Assembly: GCF_000315625.1 (NCBI RefSeq)
Contig: NW_005434668.1
Coordinates: 874,533-938,532, forward strand
Direction of reading: 5' to 3'
From: Guillardia theta CCMP2712
Taxonomy: Eukaryota > Protista > Cryptophyta
DNA length: 64,000 nt
A program made the position numbers and the translations under genes. How positions within the stretch are numbered: the stretch's first letter is position 1; each line of letters starts with the position of its first letter. The notes under the pieces were generated by a model. It had not been told where the DNA came from. It made no database searches and saw nothing but the letters and a program-made list of their open reading frames with translations. Of the stretch, positions 38,325 through 51,400 are shown piece by piece.

Positions 38325-39556
38325 AACTAATACTTCGAAACTCCCGTAAAGGACGAGGACGGGCCCCGCATTCCTAATTGGAGTCTAAATGCAGGAGCCT
38401 TTGAAGCTTTGTCGCCTGATGACTCCTGCAACATTATTACAAGAAGAATGAGACCGGCAAATTCAAATAACAGGCTCAAATGGAGTACCTCCTGCAAAAT
38501 TTGTTGTAGAAATTCACTAGGATCCTGACAGTTTTCATCGTTTCCCAGAAAGCTGAATACCTGTCCATCTGCAGCAAACCATTATTAGGAGAGTTCCTTT
38601 CAAACAAGTGGAAGAAAGAATGTCTCTTTGAAACAAAGATTCAACTCACTTTCTAGAAATTTTCCGTGCATGCTTTTGACCTCGTAATCGCGAAAAAGTC
38701 CCTTCTCGACATCACAGCAAATCAACACTTTGCCAGCCTCACCCTGGATCTAAAGTTGCAGGATACAGTCAGACATTCTTGATTTGATTGAAGATGTGTG
38801 CGACCTCGAATACAAGTTTGACGCTACCGGATTTCGTAGCAAATTCCTTGAAATATGGCCTCATGAACTCAGGTACTCGAGTTCTCTTTAGATCCAAATC
38901 CACCAAAACGATCTCTGCAGGCTAGATGAAAGATACATACACATCAGTGAGATACAAGAGAGCAAGACAGATATGAAATCTACCTTTGCTGCGTAGGAAA
39001 ACCTTGAGTCGCATCGAATCTTACCACCCAACTTCCTCTCGAGCCAAAAGTCCCTCTTTGCAAGGGCAAAGGCTATCTTGTGCACTTGGACTGGATCTAT
39101 ATAGAAGAATTGATTGAACTTATAGAGTCCTCCCGCTAGTGCCCCTGCTGAAGCAAATCCCGTGACATGGCCCATCGACGCATGGACGTCATACGGCAGG
39201 AAGCCAATGATCAATGTGGACGCGTTGTACGTCAACCTCATTAATGCAACTGAGAAGAGCCCCACTGACCCCATCAAGCCGTATCGCGCTCCTTCTATCT
39301 GTATCTTTGGCCACATGGCTTCCCAATATCCCTCTTGGAAACGAGGAATAGCGGGTAGATTCCTCTTCACCTGCTGCCACACGCTCTTCACGTCCAGCCT
39401 GTTAGGCAAGCTCTTGACAGACATTGACCTCGTCGTTCTCGCGGTTATGAATCGAATATCTGAGGACCTGGCAACCAGAAAGCACGAAGACGAGCACGAA
39501 GACGAGCACGCGACAGCTTTGCGTAGAGCATGGCGTGAGATGAACGCTGCCTGCAT
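38325..39556 (-). CDS. Mitochondrial inner-membrane Tim21/Coa1-like protein; 3' end approximate
   Basis: R/S/A-rich, acid-poor presequence, two hydrophobic segments, then YIDPVQVHKIAFALAKRDFWLERKLGGKI and VKLVFE/IQG. Confidence 0.5.
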
Positions 39557-39717
39557 AGCGACGCGGCGGAGTTTTTGAAACAACAGACAGTATCTTATTT
39601 GAGGTGATACTAAATTATTGGTCAGCCATCTTCGCGGTAACAGGAGCGGGGACGGGGCGGATCGATCTGCGCATCGTCGAACCATGCGTGATCGCCTATA
39701 GAGACGTGAGAACAAGC

Positions 39718-42627
39718 ATGAGGGGGCTTATGGTGGCAATGGCCGTTGCGCTGCTCATGAGACGAGAGGAGACTCGCGGTGAAGATGGCGGGCTGAGAGC
39801 TCTTTACTCCCTGTGTGAGAGGATGGAACGTTCTAGATCGCCGTCTTGTCTCATGGAGCGCAGATGGCAAGGTCGTAGTATAGACTTTACCCCATGCCTC
39901 ACACTTCGGGGAGGAGATTCCACCACAGCAAAGAGTGAGATCAAGCAAGACAGAGAGAATGTGGAGCCATCTAAAGAAGGAGCTGAGAGCCCGCCTCTGA
40001 AATCGAAACGAAGGCTTGAAGGGAAAAAGAAGAAGGCGAAGAAAACGAGCGACCTCGAAGAGAACTCGATGAAAGACTTCGACTCCGCTGAGCTTGATGC
40101 CTGCCTAAAAGAAATCGAAGAAAAGTCAAAAAAGAGTGAGAAGACAGAAGACAAGAACACCTCAGGGGAACAGAAATCAGGGGAAAAGAAAAAGCTGAAG
40201 AAACGCAAAAGCAAAGCGACGAAGAAACGGAAAACAAAATCGAATGTTCCATTCCGTGCTTGGGTGATACAGGAACTTTGTTGTGATTGCAACTCATTCT
40301 CTCTCAGATGGACCCTGTTCCAAGTGGACAATCATTAGTTCCAAACCTGGAAGCATATGACGCTTTGTTCCCCCTGAATGTGAGATGGAACAAGAATATT
40401 CGATTTGAACATGTGAATCCTTCCTGAAACAGCTCGAATGGCCTACGCTCTCACTTGATTTTATGGATGATATGAGTGGTCAAAGGTATATTTGTATCTT
40501 GTGTGTTCCGTGTGGATGATACGGTCCGTTGGCTTGTAGGAAGGGTTTCCCTTTGGCATTCAGACTTGTTGTGGGAACTCAGGCTGCGAACCCCGAAAGC
40601 AACAAGGTGATTTAGAGCTCTACTTCCTCCTCTTCCTCATCTTTGCAAGGTGATGATGCTGGACACATGCGGCCTGCGACGATTCAAAAAGCGACAGGAA
40701 AAGAAAGAGCCAGGTACGATTGTCATGTGGCCAGGACCGGGAATTCGTGAGAATGATTAAGATTTTACACACAAAAAGAGCCAGGCGAGCTATTTTGTGA
40801 GTCGTCATCGTCCAGTGAAAGTGAATTTGAAGATGCAGTCAAGTTTGATTTGTAAATCAATCTACATAGTTGTATTGAGATGAATCTCAGGGGAATCAAG
40901 GTAGACCCAAAAGCAATTCCATATTCGATCGCCCACAACGGTACAGTGAACAAGGTATTTCATCGCTCGTTTTTATTGGAGAAGATATTATATGATGATG
41001 AAAACAGGTCATTTGCATGCCTCAAAGTCCCACGATTGTGGCTAGTTTGTCTGAATACGGCACTGTGAGTTAATCTGAAACTTTGTATTAGTAATTCGTG
41101 AATTTTTTTGTCTGCAGATCAATGTATATGATTGGGATAACGTCCTGCGGTAACAATGGAAAGGCTGGAGCTGTACCGTGAATCTTCATCTCAGGCCTGC
41201 AAAAATCTGGTCATCCGAAGATTCATCTCAAGTGCCAGAAAGCAACCCAGGAGAAGGGTGGGCCCTAGCGTGGAACCTCCGAGAGGGTTGTGTTTTTTTG
41301 TTTTTTTTTTTGAGTTTCTGCAAACTAATGCTTGTTGTAGAGGGTATCCTTGCATCAGGGCATAATTCTGGGATGATATTTCTTCATTATCCAAAGGTAT
41401 TTCCTATTAGACTGAAATCCTCTCTTTGACTAAACACAGATAAAAGACAAGCGTTCGATTGCAGTCGAGGGGTAAATATATTTCAATTGCATTCGTTCCC
41501 TGAAGGTTGCGCTCTTTGCAGTCATTCATCAAGTGTCGAGTGCGTATGCTGGTCGCCGACCGAGGCTTCTGTACTCGCCACCTCTTCTTCTGACAGATCG
41601 ATCAAGTTCTGGGATATCTCGTAACGCCTTACTTCGATGTCAATCTCGAGTCATTCGTGCCACTCAGATCGGATTCCTTTCATTGTGCCTTAACTATAGA
41701 AGAAGCGCATGAAGGTGAATCCATTTCTTGAAGCTTTGAGTCTCACGCGATTCTGCAACTCTCAGGGGATGTGAACTGCCTGTCCTGGAATACCATCGAT
41801 ACGTATCTCCTGTCACACTTGTAATGTAGATCCTGACAGCAATATCTACCTTGTTAGGAAGCTGTTAGTGAGTGGTGGAGAAGACGGAGCAATCAAGGTA
41901 GATCTCTCTCAGCATGCAACATGCATCATGTGAAAGGTTCTGATCTCATGGAAAGGTTTGGAATCTCCAAGATCTCAAATCTCAGGTCTTCATTGCGTTG
42001 TTGACCTTCTGACCTGATTACTTTGATGTTTTCAGAAGACGACGACCAAGTCTCTGGTGAGATTTCTTTGAGAGAAACAGGGTTTGTTAGACATCATTGA
42101 TCAAACATGACACCAGGCTCCGATCGCTGTGTTGAATTTTCACAAATCCGCAATCTCAAGCGTCAACTGGCATCACAAAGATCCGACTATGTTGGTTGCG
42201 GCCTGTCGGTATAAAACATGGCATTGCAAATGGAAATTCCTTACAAATTTCGCGTTCAGAGAGGAGTGTGTGAGCATATGGGATTTTAGCCTTGAGAAAG
42301 ACGATGTGGCCAATGACATTGAGGCTAAGTAAGCTATACAGTTAGTTTCCAACGTCCCTGACATTGGCAGGTATGGGCTTATGGAGCTGCCCCCGCAGCT
42401 TCTCTTCCTGCATTACGTAACTGATTGCACTGTCTTGCTTCTTGAACCTTCATCACTTTGACTGTCAGGGCCAAAAAGAGATCAGCGATGCAAAATGGCA
42501 CCCGCTCCTCCCCAATGTGGTCTTCAGGTGCTGAGTCGAAATCGCAATCTGAGAGTGCTGAACCGTTTGAAAACTTTTCAGCTCTTGCTCCGATGGCATA
42601 CACATCTGGAAGCCCTCTACTCTATGA
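39718..42627 (+). CDS. GRWD1: WD40 ribosome-assembly protein of the GRWD1/Rrb1 family with an extra N-terminal leader ending in LRGG
   Basis: LEWPTLSLD, LVVGTQA, EGWALAWN, HSSSVECVCWSPTE, GDVNCLSWN, FHKSAISSVNWH, IWDFSLEKD, LPPQLLFLH, GQKEISDAKWHP. Confidence 0.85.
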
Positions 42628-42640
42628 CAAGATAGATATT

Positions 42641-43913
42641 TCATGTGTAAAAAGCAGATTTATTGTACAATCTCTTCAGTGTCGTTCTCCCCCCCTTCTC
42701 TCCAATACTTCAAGAACTTGGACAGCTGGTTTGAAAGCTCAGTCTACTTTCATGAGATCGCTGCAGAACGAACCTTTGTTCTATCAGGAAATCCCCCAGT
42801 CACCCATGGCTCCGTCTCTAACACTCCACTGCCCTGTGAATGGGTCAACAAGCCCTGGTTTCCTTACACATTCTGACCTGAGTATGTATGTATGCTCCCT
42901 GGGAATCTATGATGACAAATACAGGAAATCCGAGCCACTGCGATCATAGAAAATTCAGCGAACATCCAGATATCAGAGGAGGTCAAACAAGAGAGACCTG
43001 GGGGTCTCCGAGCTTTTTCAGGATGCCGAAGTTCCTCTCGTTCTCGGCATCGAGCAGAGTCAAGACATAGTACTTGGGAAGGTTTCAGATCGAATGCACA
43101 ACGTGTCATCCTCAGACCTTGGAGCACAGAGAAGAACAAGCATCATCGTTCTTGAAGACTCGGTAAAATTTCTGTCTGACGGTCAACCTCTGTAGACTGT
43201 CATCAAAGAATCCTTGCCTTGCACGACATGCTCCAATCAGCTCCGATCTGCACATGGCTGTTAAAAGAAACATGAAAGAGCAGCTGATCTGTTATGCCTG
43301 CAGAAGTATTCTCCTTTTGGGTGAGCTTCCAGCAGCTTTCTTGATAGCATCCTTTATCGCGTCCTGGCAAGATCACATCCGTTATCGCAACGTGTGTTAC
43401 TTTTATCGACAAGATTGTTCGAATCCAGCGCTAGAATACCTCTCCGCTGGCCAGCCCCGTGTAGATGTCCTGTGACATCGCAATCTCCTCCTCCGAGGCA
43501 TGTGCCGTGTACTTGAAGCTCAGGTACATGGAGCTACTCTTGCCGTCCTCTCCAATGATCTCTTCTTGCTCCTCGGTCAGCAGGGTGTACCATCCCTCTC
43601 TATCCTCGTCCACGAAGTCAGCTACAGGGACGATCACGTATCCCATGATGTCATCGGAGCCGAGGTCGTCGTGATCGTAGAGGATCAACTCGACCTTCTG
43701 CTCTAAGTCTGTGACCGGGAAGCTGAACTCCTGGTTCCACTCGGGGTTCAGATTGTTCCGCACGATCTTCGTCTTCTTCGCCTTCTTCCTCCATCCTCCT
43801 CCTCCCGTCATGCTCAGCATCACGTAGGGATCGCTCAGTCCCGCCATGTCCATCCTCTTCAGACTCTTCGCCTTGATAACCCCAACCTCCGCCACCCCGA
43901 TGCCTTCTGCCAT
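42641..43913 (-). CDS. C2 domain fused to a bacterial-type thioredoxin-like domain
   Basis: C2: KAKSLKRMDMAGLSDPYV, NNLNPEWNQEF, LYDHDDLGSDDIMG. Trx-like: ILLQ/IGADWSMSCK, LGDPQ/WLGFPVFVIIDSQGAYIHTQ/GSGVLE. Confidence 0.8.
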
Positions 43914-43949
43914 GTTGACGGACAAGGTCAGGTATTGCCCGATGCTACC

Positions 43950-44225
43950 GGCAGCGGGCAGCGCCGTGCACGGCCCCCCGGGCGCCGGGCCGTGGCACCG
44001 TGGCCCGGTCGACCGTACCGTGACACCGTGACTCGGTGACGGTGGCAGTCGGGGGGCGCCGCTGCCGGTAGCCTGAGTAGCATCATGGCAGTGGGGCCCG
44101 ACATCATGGCATTGCTCGGAAATACGATCTTGTACTTCGGAATGGGTTAGCAGATCATCGCCGCCGCCGGAGACAGTGGCATCGGATCGGCCCGGGCCCG
44201 GCCCAGCCGCACGATTGGTCGAGGG
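43950..44225. other. CpG/GC-rich intergenic block in a divergent promoter region
   Basis: CATCATGGC twice, GTGACTCGG and CCGGGCCCGG; similar composition to the 10598 block. Confidence 0.6.
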
Positions 44226-44574
44226 GGCAATGTAGTACGTGTGACGAAGAGGAGGCCTTCATAGCCGTCTTGCTAAGGTCCTCTCAGGCATGTCTGGATG
44301 GTTTGGGTTTCACAGTCTTATTTCTCACTAACTGAGGTCGAAATGATGTCTGCATTACTTTGGCATAGTGCAAGTCTAACATACTTGTGCCGCTGTCCGT
44401 CTGTGACGGTGCATGAGGCCCGGCGGCGGCCTGCTCAGTCACTGCAGTGGAGGCAGTGCCGGAGGCTGAGCCTCAGTCACCGGGCGCGGCCCGACCAGCT
44501 GGGCCCGGCTACATGATTTGGGCCTGTTGGGGATGAGGGGAAAAGTTGAGGGGAGATGCCATTGCGAGTCATCA

Positions 44575-44655
44575 CTACTGCTCCTCCTGCTCCTGCTCCT
44601 GCTCCTCCTGCTCCTCCTCCTCCTGCTCCTGCTCCTCCTGCTCCTGCTCCTCCTG
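44575..44655. repeat. (CCTGCT)/(CCT) compound microsatellite
   Basis: Read directly; the same pattern recurs in introns at ~50388-50500 and ~52973-53055. Confidence 0.85.
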
Positions 44656-44980
44656 ATCCCTGTAGAGTTGCCTTGAAACAGAATGTCGTTCCTTTCCTCT
44701 CCCTGCATTCGTCATGCTTCTGTCGCCTTGGCCTGGCATGTCGCTCCGACTTCTATTTTGGCTGTAAAAGTCACAATTGAGACTTTCTCGACCGCGCTCT
44801 CTTGTCTCGTTTTCTTCTCAGCTTCTCGCAATCTCGTTCGGTTTTGCTTCATGATTGTTCTGCTCACCTCGCACTTCTTCGATCTTGTTCGAGAAGGCTT
44901 CAAGGGTTGTGGAAAACGTTCTTACATGGTTGCAGGAAGCCGGAGCAGAGGCTCTTGAATGATGCTTTGCGACTGAACCC

Positions 44981-47900
44981 ATGGCCACCAGAGCAACTAA
45001 AGTTGCTGTGGTTCAATGTCCCTCAGGCAACCTGGTCCTGCTGATATCACCTTCCAACCAGAAGGAAACCCTGGTAATCTTTCAGCTGTAGTCACTCCCC
45101 GACACTGAGATCGGAACAGCTCATCACAGTGGACGATTCGAGCGGTACTTTGATCTATCAGGGTATTCCAGGGCACGACACGTTTGACACGGAAGAGGTC
45201 AGTAAGCAGCAGCTGTCTTCCTGGAGCTCATTCTCGCGACAGGATGCCTTGGCGTGGTGTTCTTCTAGATGCTGTTGTGGAAAGCCTGTCCAGTCCATCG
45301 TTCGCGGGCATGCGTTCCTCGGGATGGTGGTCACTCCGCTCCAGGTATCAGATGGGAGCAAACGTGCTGGTCCTGGTTGACGGCAGCCATGTCAAGGTCC
45401 TGGTGCTGGTTGCTGTTGAGGTCAAAAGAGACCCTCTCCCAGGAGGACATGCGATGTGCACAGTAACAAAGTGAGGAACGCGTTCGAGCGCGACTGGAGC
45501 TGAATCTTGGTTCCAGGTCCAAGTGGATCAAAGGGTCGCTGCTCGGCGCTTCAGTTGATTCAGCACTGTCCAAGGTAGGAGGAGGGGAGTGAAGGTTGGT
45601 TGTGACTTCAAAGTGCAGGCGGACGAAGCTGGATTGGAGAAGTTGAAGGATTTTACCATCAGTGGATATCACTTCTACTCGGAGACATATGACTTGACCA
45701 GACCTTTCCCTTCGACGTCGAGTGTCTTGGAATATGACTACGAGTAAGTGTGCTGTGATGTTCACTGTAACTTTGTGTCACTGTGACTCGCTTTCAGGTA
45801 TTGCTGGAACCAATGGCTTGCGTCTCCTTTCGAAAAAGCCGGCTTGAGGAATTGCTGTGTTGTGTTGCTCCAGGTTCCGCTCCCCCACTCCCCTCCTCCT
45901 CCTCCTCTCTCCATTTCCGCCTCTCCTCTCCTTGTTCTTGTTATCCGATGTGAACTTTCCGCCTCCTGTCAGGGTCTAGGATGCAGTCGACTCTTCTCCT
46001 TTGAGCATCCGGAAACCAACGAGCAGGTCAATGTCGGGTTGGCACTCATATCGAGGAAGAGCATCGCAAATCCCGGTGATGATAATGATGGAGATGATGA
46101 TGGAGATGATGATGGAGGTGATGATGGAGATGATGATGATGATGATGATGGAGATGATGATGGAGATGATGATGATGGAGATAGTGGTGGAGGAGATGAT
46201 GATGATGGCAATGGTGGTGGTGATGATGGAGATGATGATAGCAATGATGATGATGATGATGATGAGGATCAGGAGGACGAGAAGGAGGATGTTTGTTCTT
46301 CCGATTACTGAAGTGCGGGACAGGAACAAGGTATAACGCCCGAGGGTTGAACAAGGCGGCAGGAGCAGGAAACGAGATCGAATCAGAGCAGGTGATGGAG
46401 AGGTGTTGTTGAAGATGCTAACGGGGGGCCTTGAAGATTTTTTGGGTCTCCCCCATCAAAGGGGATGGGAGTATCGAGGATCAGTGGAGCTCTCACATAT
46501 GGCGAAGGGGGACAGTACCGGTAATATCTGGTACGAAGATGACGTGTCATTGCATGATATGCTCCTCCAGGTACACTGGCGTCATGAGCTGACAAGCTCT
46601 GTCACTGCTCCCAAGATTGTGATAGGATCTTCTCCATATGAAGGGGTGGACCAGTTTTATCATGACGCGTACATGCGGTGAGCAGAGGAGGGGAGGGGAG
46701 ATGTCGTGATGCTATGTGACATTACATGTTGACGTGAGATGATATGATATGAACTCATGATCCGATCCGATCACATGTTTGAGTCTGTCATAGTGATTGA
46801 GATTCATCCAGGTACAACGGAACGCCGATGTCGTTCGTCAACCTCCTCCGATGTGATGCAGAGAGCGGAGAAACGAATTTGTCAGAGGTGACAACAGATG
46901 TAGAGTAATACCAGTGCTCATCATGTCATTCAGATCTTTCAGCAGTCTCTGAGAGAGGCGAAGAGCCTCTTGTCATCCAAGTATAGCATACAGGAACTTC
47001 TCAGTCCTGCTCAGGACTGTCGTTGCATCTGACAGCTCTTCTGCAGATGGAACTCAACATGTGCAACTTTGACTGGCACCGGATCAAGAAAGAGATGGGG
47101 CTGGAGACTACAGTGAAATGGTGAAGTAGAACAACCCTAAAGGGAAGATCCAGTGACGAGAATTTTCCAGCCTGTGGGATCGACTGAGCCCGCTGATCGA
47201 GAAGGCAGATTTGTCAGAGGTGACCATGGTGACGTGGCTGCTGTTTTACCTGTTGACCTTTCCGTTGAAGGGATGTCTGAAGTTGGGAAGAGCTGGCAGT
47301 CCGATCAAAGAGAGTCAAGTTGAGCCGAGAAGAAAGCAGGTGAAACTTCCCACTCTCTTGCACTGGCTCTTCCTGACACCCAGCTCTTCCTTCAGGCCTC
47401 CGTCCTCCGGTACAACTGCGCAGACTCCCTGGATAGAACCAACTTGTGCTGTACGAGAACTGTCGCTGTCGTGACCATCACATCTCACCTCGTTTCCCCT
47501 TAGGTTTCATGGTCTCACAGCAACTCCTCCTCGAGCAATGTCGTCGGAGCCACATCGGTTTCACCAGCAGGGTACTAGTACGTCAATCCCCCACCCACCC
47601 CTCTCGCTCTACCTTTCCCTCCTCCCTCCCTCCATCTTTCTCCCTTGACTCTTTTTGCTCCTCCCTCCCTCCCTCTTTCTCCCTTGACCCCTTATCCTCC
47701 TCCCTCCCTCCTTCCCCCCCTGATTCCTTTTGACGTACCAACTTCATCCCCGAGCTTATGTCTCTTTTCTTTCTCCATCTCTATCTCACTTACCAACTGC
47801 CTCCTCCCCCTCTGTTGCCTCCCCTTTTTTGCATGCTCCTTACTCCTTCCAAGGTCAAAACTGAGCCAGACATCGATTTTCAATCAAGACTTTCCTCTCA

Positions 47901-50429
47901 CTGGGGATTCCTAAAGTCCCCAGAAGTTGATGTGGATGCTGTCCGATCACTCTTAGAGCCCAAGGTTGTATCCTCCTCCTCCCTACCCCTACCCGATCCT
48001 CTTCTCTTGTCCCTCTTGCCCTTTTCAAGTTCCTTCGTTTCTCCTCCTCCTCGTCTCCTTCTTCAACTACTCCCCCCCCTTCTCTTCACCTTTCTGTCTC
48101 ATGCTCTTGCTCCTAGTTTGCCTCCCTTCCCCCCCCCTTCCCACCTCTTGCCACTTCCCGCGCTCTCCCTCGCCGTACCTCTGCCCTCTCCTAACGTATC
48201 TCCCTCAGCTCCTCGAGTGGCTGGCTGAGGCTTACGTGCGCAACGGCGATCTCTTCTCCTTCCTCTACACTAACACGCCGGCGCTCCTGACTGGTCCCAT
48301 GCGCGACTACACTTCCCTTCCTCCTGCAGTCTCCGACACTCAGATCTCCGTTCAGCGAAGGTCAACTTCATCTCTGACTGGCTGTACTTCCTTGCTCCCT
48401 CTCGTTCCCGTTCCTCCTCTCAGTCTTCTTTCCTTGTGTCGTCGATTCTAATCCTTGTCCACCACCTTGATCACCTTCTGCACGGCGTTCCTTCCCATCT
48501 CTCAATTCTCTTCCTCTTTCTTCTTCGCTTTCCTTGTCAAGCCATGTCTTGTCTTGTCTTGTCTTGTCTTGTCTTGTCTTGTCTTGTCTTGTCTTGTCTT
48601 GTCTTGTCTTGTCTTGTCTTGTCTTGTCTTCCTCTTGCTCACTTCTCTCGATCAGGTATCACAACGTGCTGAGCGACTCGGAGCGGCAGCTGCAGTACTT
48701 CGCCTTCCTGGGCGCTACCTCAGCCAACTCCTCCCTCTCTCTCTTCCCTCTCCCACTCAGCGTGCTGCGTCTCCTCCCCACACGCCGTTCTCCTCCACCA
48801 GCTCTCTTCTTCTACGCATCCTGCACGCTTTGAGGCGCAGGTGCAGCAAGTAGGAGGGAAGGCTTCATCCTCCTTCTCACGCATGCAACCAGGTCCTTGA
48901 CTCGTCGCCTAACTCTGCTGCCTGGATGTTCCCTCCTGAGCTCGATGTGGCGGATATCTGCCTGCACCTTCGAGCTCCGGTTCGGTCACGAAGAGGAGGG
49001 AGGGGCGGAGGGAGGTGGAAGAAAAGACGGAAGAAGTCGAGAAAAGAAGAGAAGGGGATGAATCGAGGAGAGGAGGATAGTATGTGAGGAGAGGAGATAA
49101 GCAGGGAGTGGGAAGGAGAAGCACAAGGACAGAGGAGAAGAGGCAAGGCAAGGGTTGAGGAGGATGAAGGGGAGATGAGGAAAATAGCGAGGGGATAACG
49201 ACATTTGCAGAGTATCGTCACGGAGGTTCAGCTTTGGATCAAGAACGGGATCGCGTCCTGCGAATTCCCAGCCTCCATTAGCATCTGGTTGACCTCTCAT
49301 ACCCCTCCTCTTCGGAAGGCGTTGAATCTTTCTCCTCCTCCTTGGCAGGGTTGGGAGATACATCAACGAGATGGAACAGGTCCTCCTGCTCCTGCTCCTC
49401 CTTCGTCATCATGACAACACCTCCTTGCATCCTTGCATGATCCCTTCCCCGTCGTAGTTCTTGTTATCTCCTGTCTCCTCTCCTCTCCTGTCTCCTCTCC
49501 TCCTCATCCTCTTCTCTCATGCGCTCTGCTGCTCTCCCTCTCCTTCTCTTCCTCTCCTCCCCTCCTAATCTCCATCTCGTTTTCTCCCCTACCATCCTCC
49601 TCTCCACCTCCCCCCTCCTGCCTTCTCACTCGATCACAGATCTACGGAAATGTTGATCTCCCCCAGTGCGAGGACGGCACGAGGATCAGCTTTCCCATTC
49701 CTTCCTACATCCCCGACAAGCTGAGAAAAGGAGAGCAGGTAAGAAACAAATTCCTCCTCGCCTTAGGTTTACCCTTCGACCAGCTTGTTCCTTCTCTGCT
49801 CCCCCCAGCTCAGCCCAAGAGGCTGCATGCTCTCTCGCAGATCGTGCAGATTCAGGTGAGAGGAGGGAGGGTCGCCCGAGGTCGGTCTGACAAGGAAGAA
49901 GATGATGAGGAGAAGGGACGGCACTCGCTCCATCATCCTCGGAAGGCTGAGTGTGAACGGGATCGTCCCGTCAGGTTGCGTTTCTTCCGATCCAAATCAA
50001 ATTCCTGCATCCTTCTTTGAATCTTCTTTCCTCCTCGTCAATTGCTGTTCCTGCTCTGCTCTGCTCTCTTCTTCTCTCTTCCCCTCTCTTCTCCTTCTCC
50101 TCCCTCTTCTTCTCACTTTGGAGTCTAGACCTGCACATCGAGGACTCAGGAACCAACAAGGAGGCTGAGCGAGCAGTCAGCATCTCTCTCGCCTCCTTCC
50201 CTACCACCGACAGCATGGTGGAGAAGAAGTTTGCGGAGGGAGCGAGCAAGACAGCACGAGAGCTCGGGGGCAAGGTGAGAGGATGTTTACTTCCCTTCAT
50301 CTCTTACTCTTCTCTTCAGGCCCTTGCCAAGGCAGATGAGCTCGTAGACAAGTAGATATCTCTCCTATTCCTCTCTTTTTCACTTCTACTCCTCCTGCTC
50401 CTCCTCCTCCTGCTCCTCCTCCTGCTGCT

Positions 50430-50471
<42 letters not shown>

Positions 50472-51367
50472 CCTCCTTCTCCTTCTCCTGCTCCTTCTCC
50501 TTGTCGCTTTCTTGCTCCTCCCTCTCTTTCCACTTCATCGCTTTCTTCTCATTTTCTTGCAGGTATGCGGGCGATGATTCCAAGTTGGGGAGCATAGCCA
50601 AGGGAGCGCTGTCCTCTATGGGGAAACTAGCCGGCTGGATGGGCTCGAAGGCCAAGGTGTAAACATGATCGTTTCTCGTCTCTGTTCACTTAAGAAAACT
50701 CTTTGCTTCAAGGTCTCCCAGAACAAGCCAACAAACAGTCAGACAGCGGTGACTGTAGGGAACGAGAGGAGAGAGAAGGAAAGAGAGATTAAGTCTAGTC
50801 AAGACGTCGCGTCCCAACTGACAGCCATGTGGAGCAATCAGGTCAGGAGGAGGGGAAGAGGAGAGGGGGAGTGGAGAAAGGAAGGAGCAGGAGGTCAATG
50901 ATACAAGGAGAGGAGGCAGCTGACACGAGGAGGAAGCAGGGTAGAGCAGGGGAGATGGAGTTGAAGTGTTAGAGCGAGGAGGAAGTGAAAGGCAACGCAG
51001 AGGGTCTCATAAGGTCTCAGGCGTCTGGACGAGCTTGGAGTAACCCGAGGAGCGACCAGGAAGGGAATGAGGTTGTGCAGAGGAAGGCCGAGAATACGGG
51101 TTGACAATCTTTGCCTCTTCTTTCATCTCCTCCTCTACCTCGTCCTGGTCCTCCTCTACCTGCTGCTGCTGCTCCACCTCTACCTCATATCCTTTCTTTT
51201 GTCCTAGTTCCTCCTTCCCGCCTTGACCTCTTCAAAGTCTCATGACTGTTCTTTTAGCAAGCGCCTCTTCCGGCAGGTTGGATCTGAAGGGTATGGAGGA
51301 GGCGATCATGGCGGAGTCGAAAGGTCTCCGTGCGTCACGGGAGGAGCAAGGACAGTCAGACTGCAGC

Positions 51368-51400
<33 letters not shown>

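Noticed and set aside
44712-45765. Minus-strand ORF fragments suggesting a decayed retroelement
   Set aside because: From 44981 the plus strand is explained by the first exons of the SAC9-like gene
45844-46354. Poly-Asp/His/Met ORFs
   Set aside because: Translations of an intronic GAT satellite
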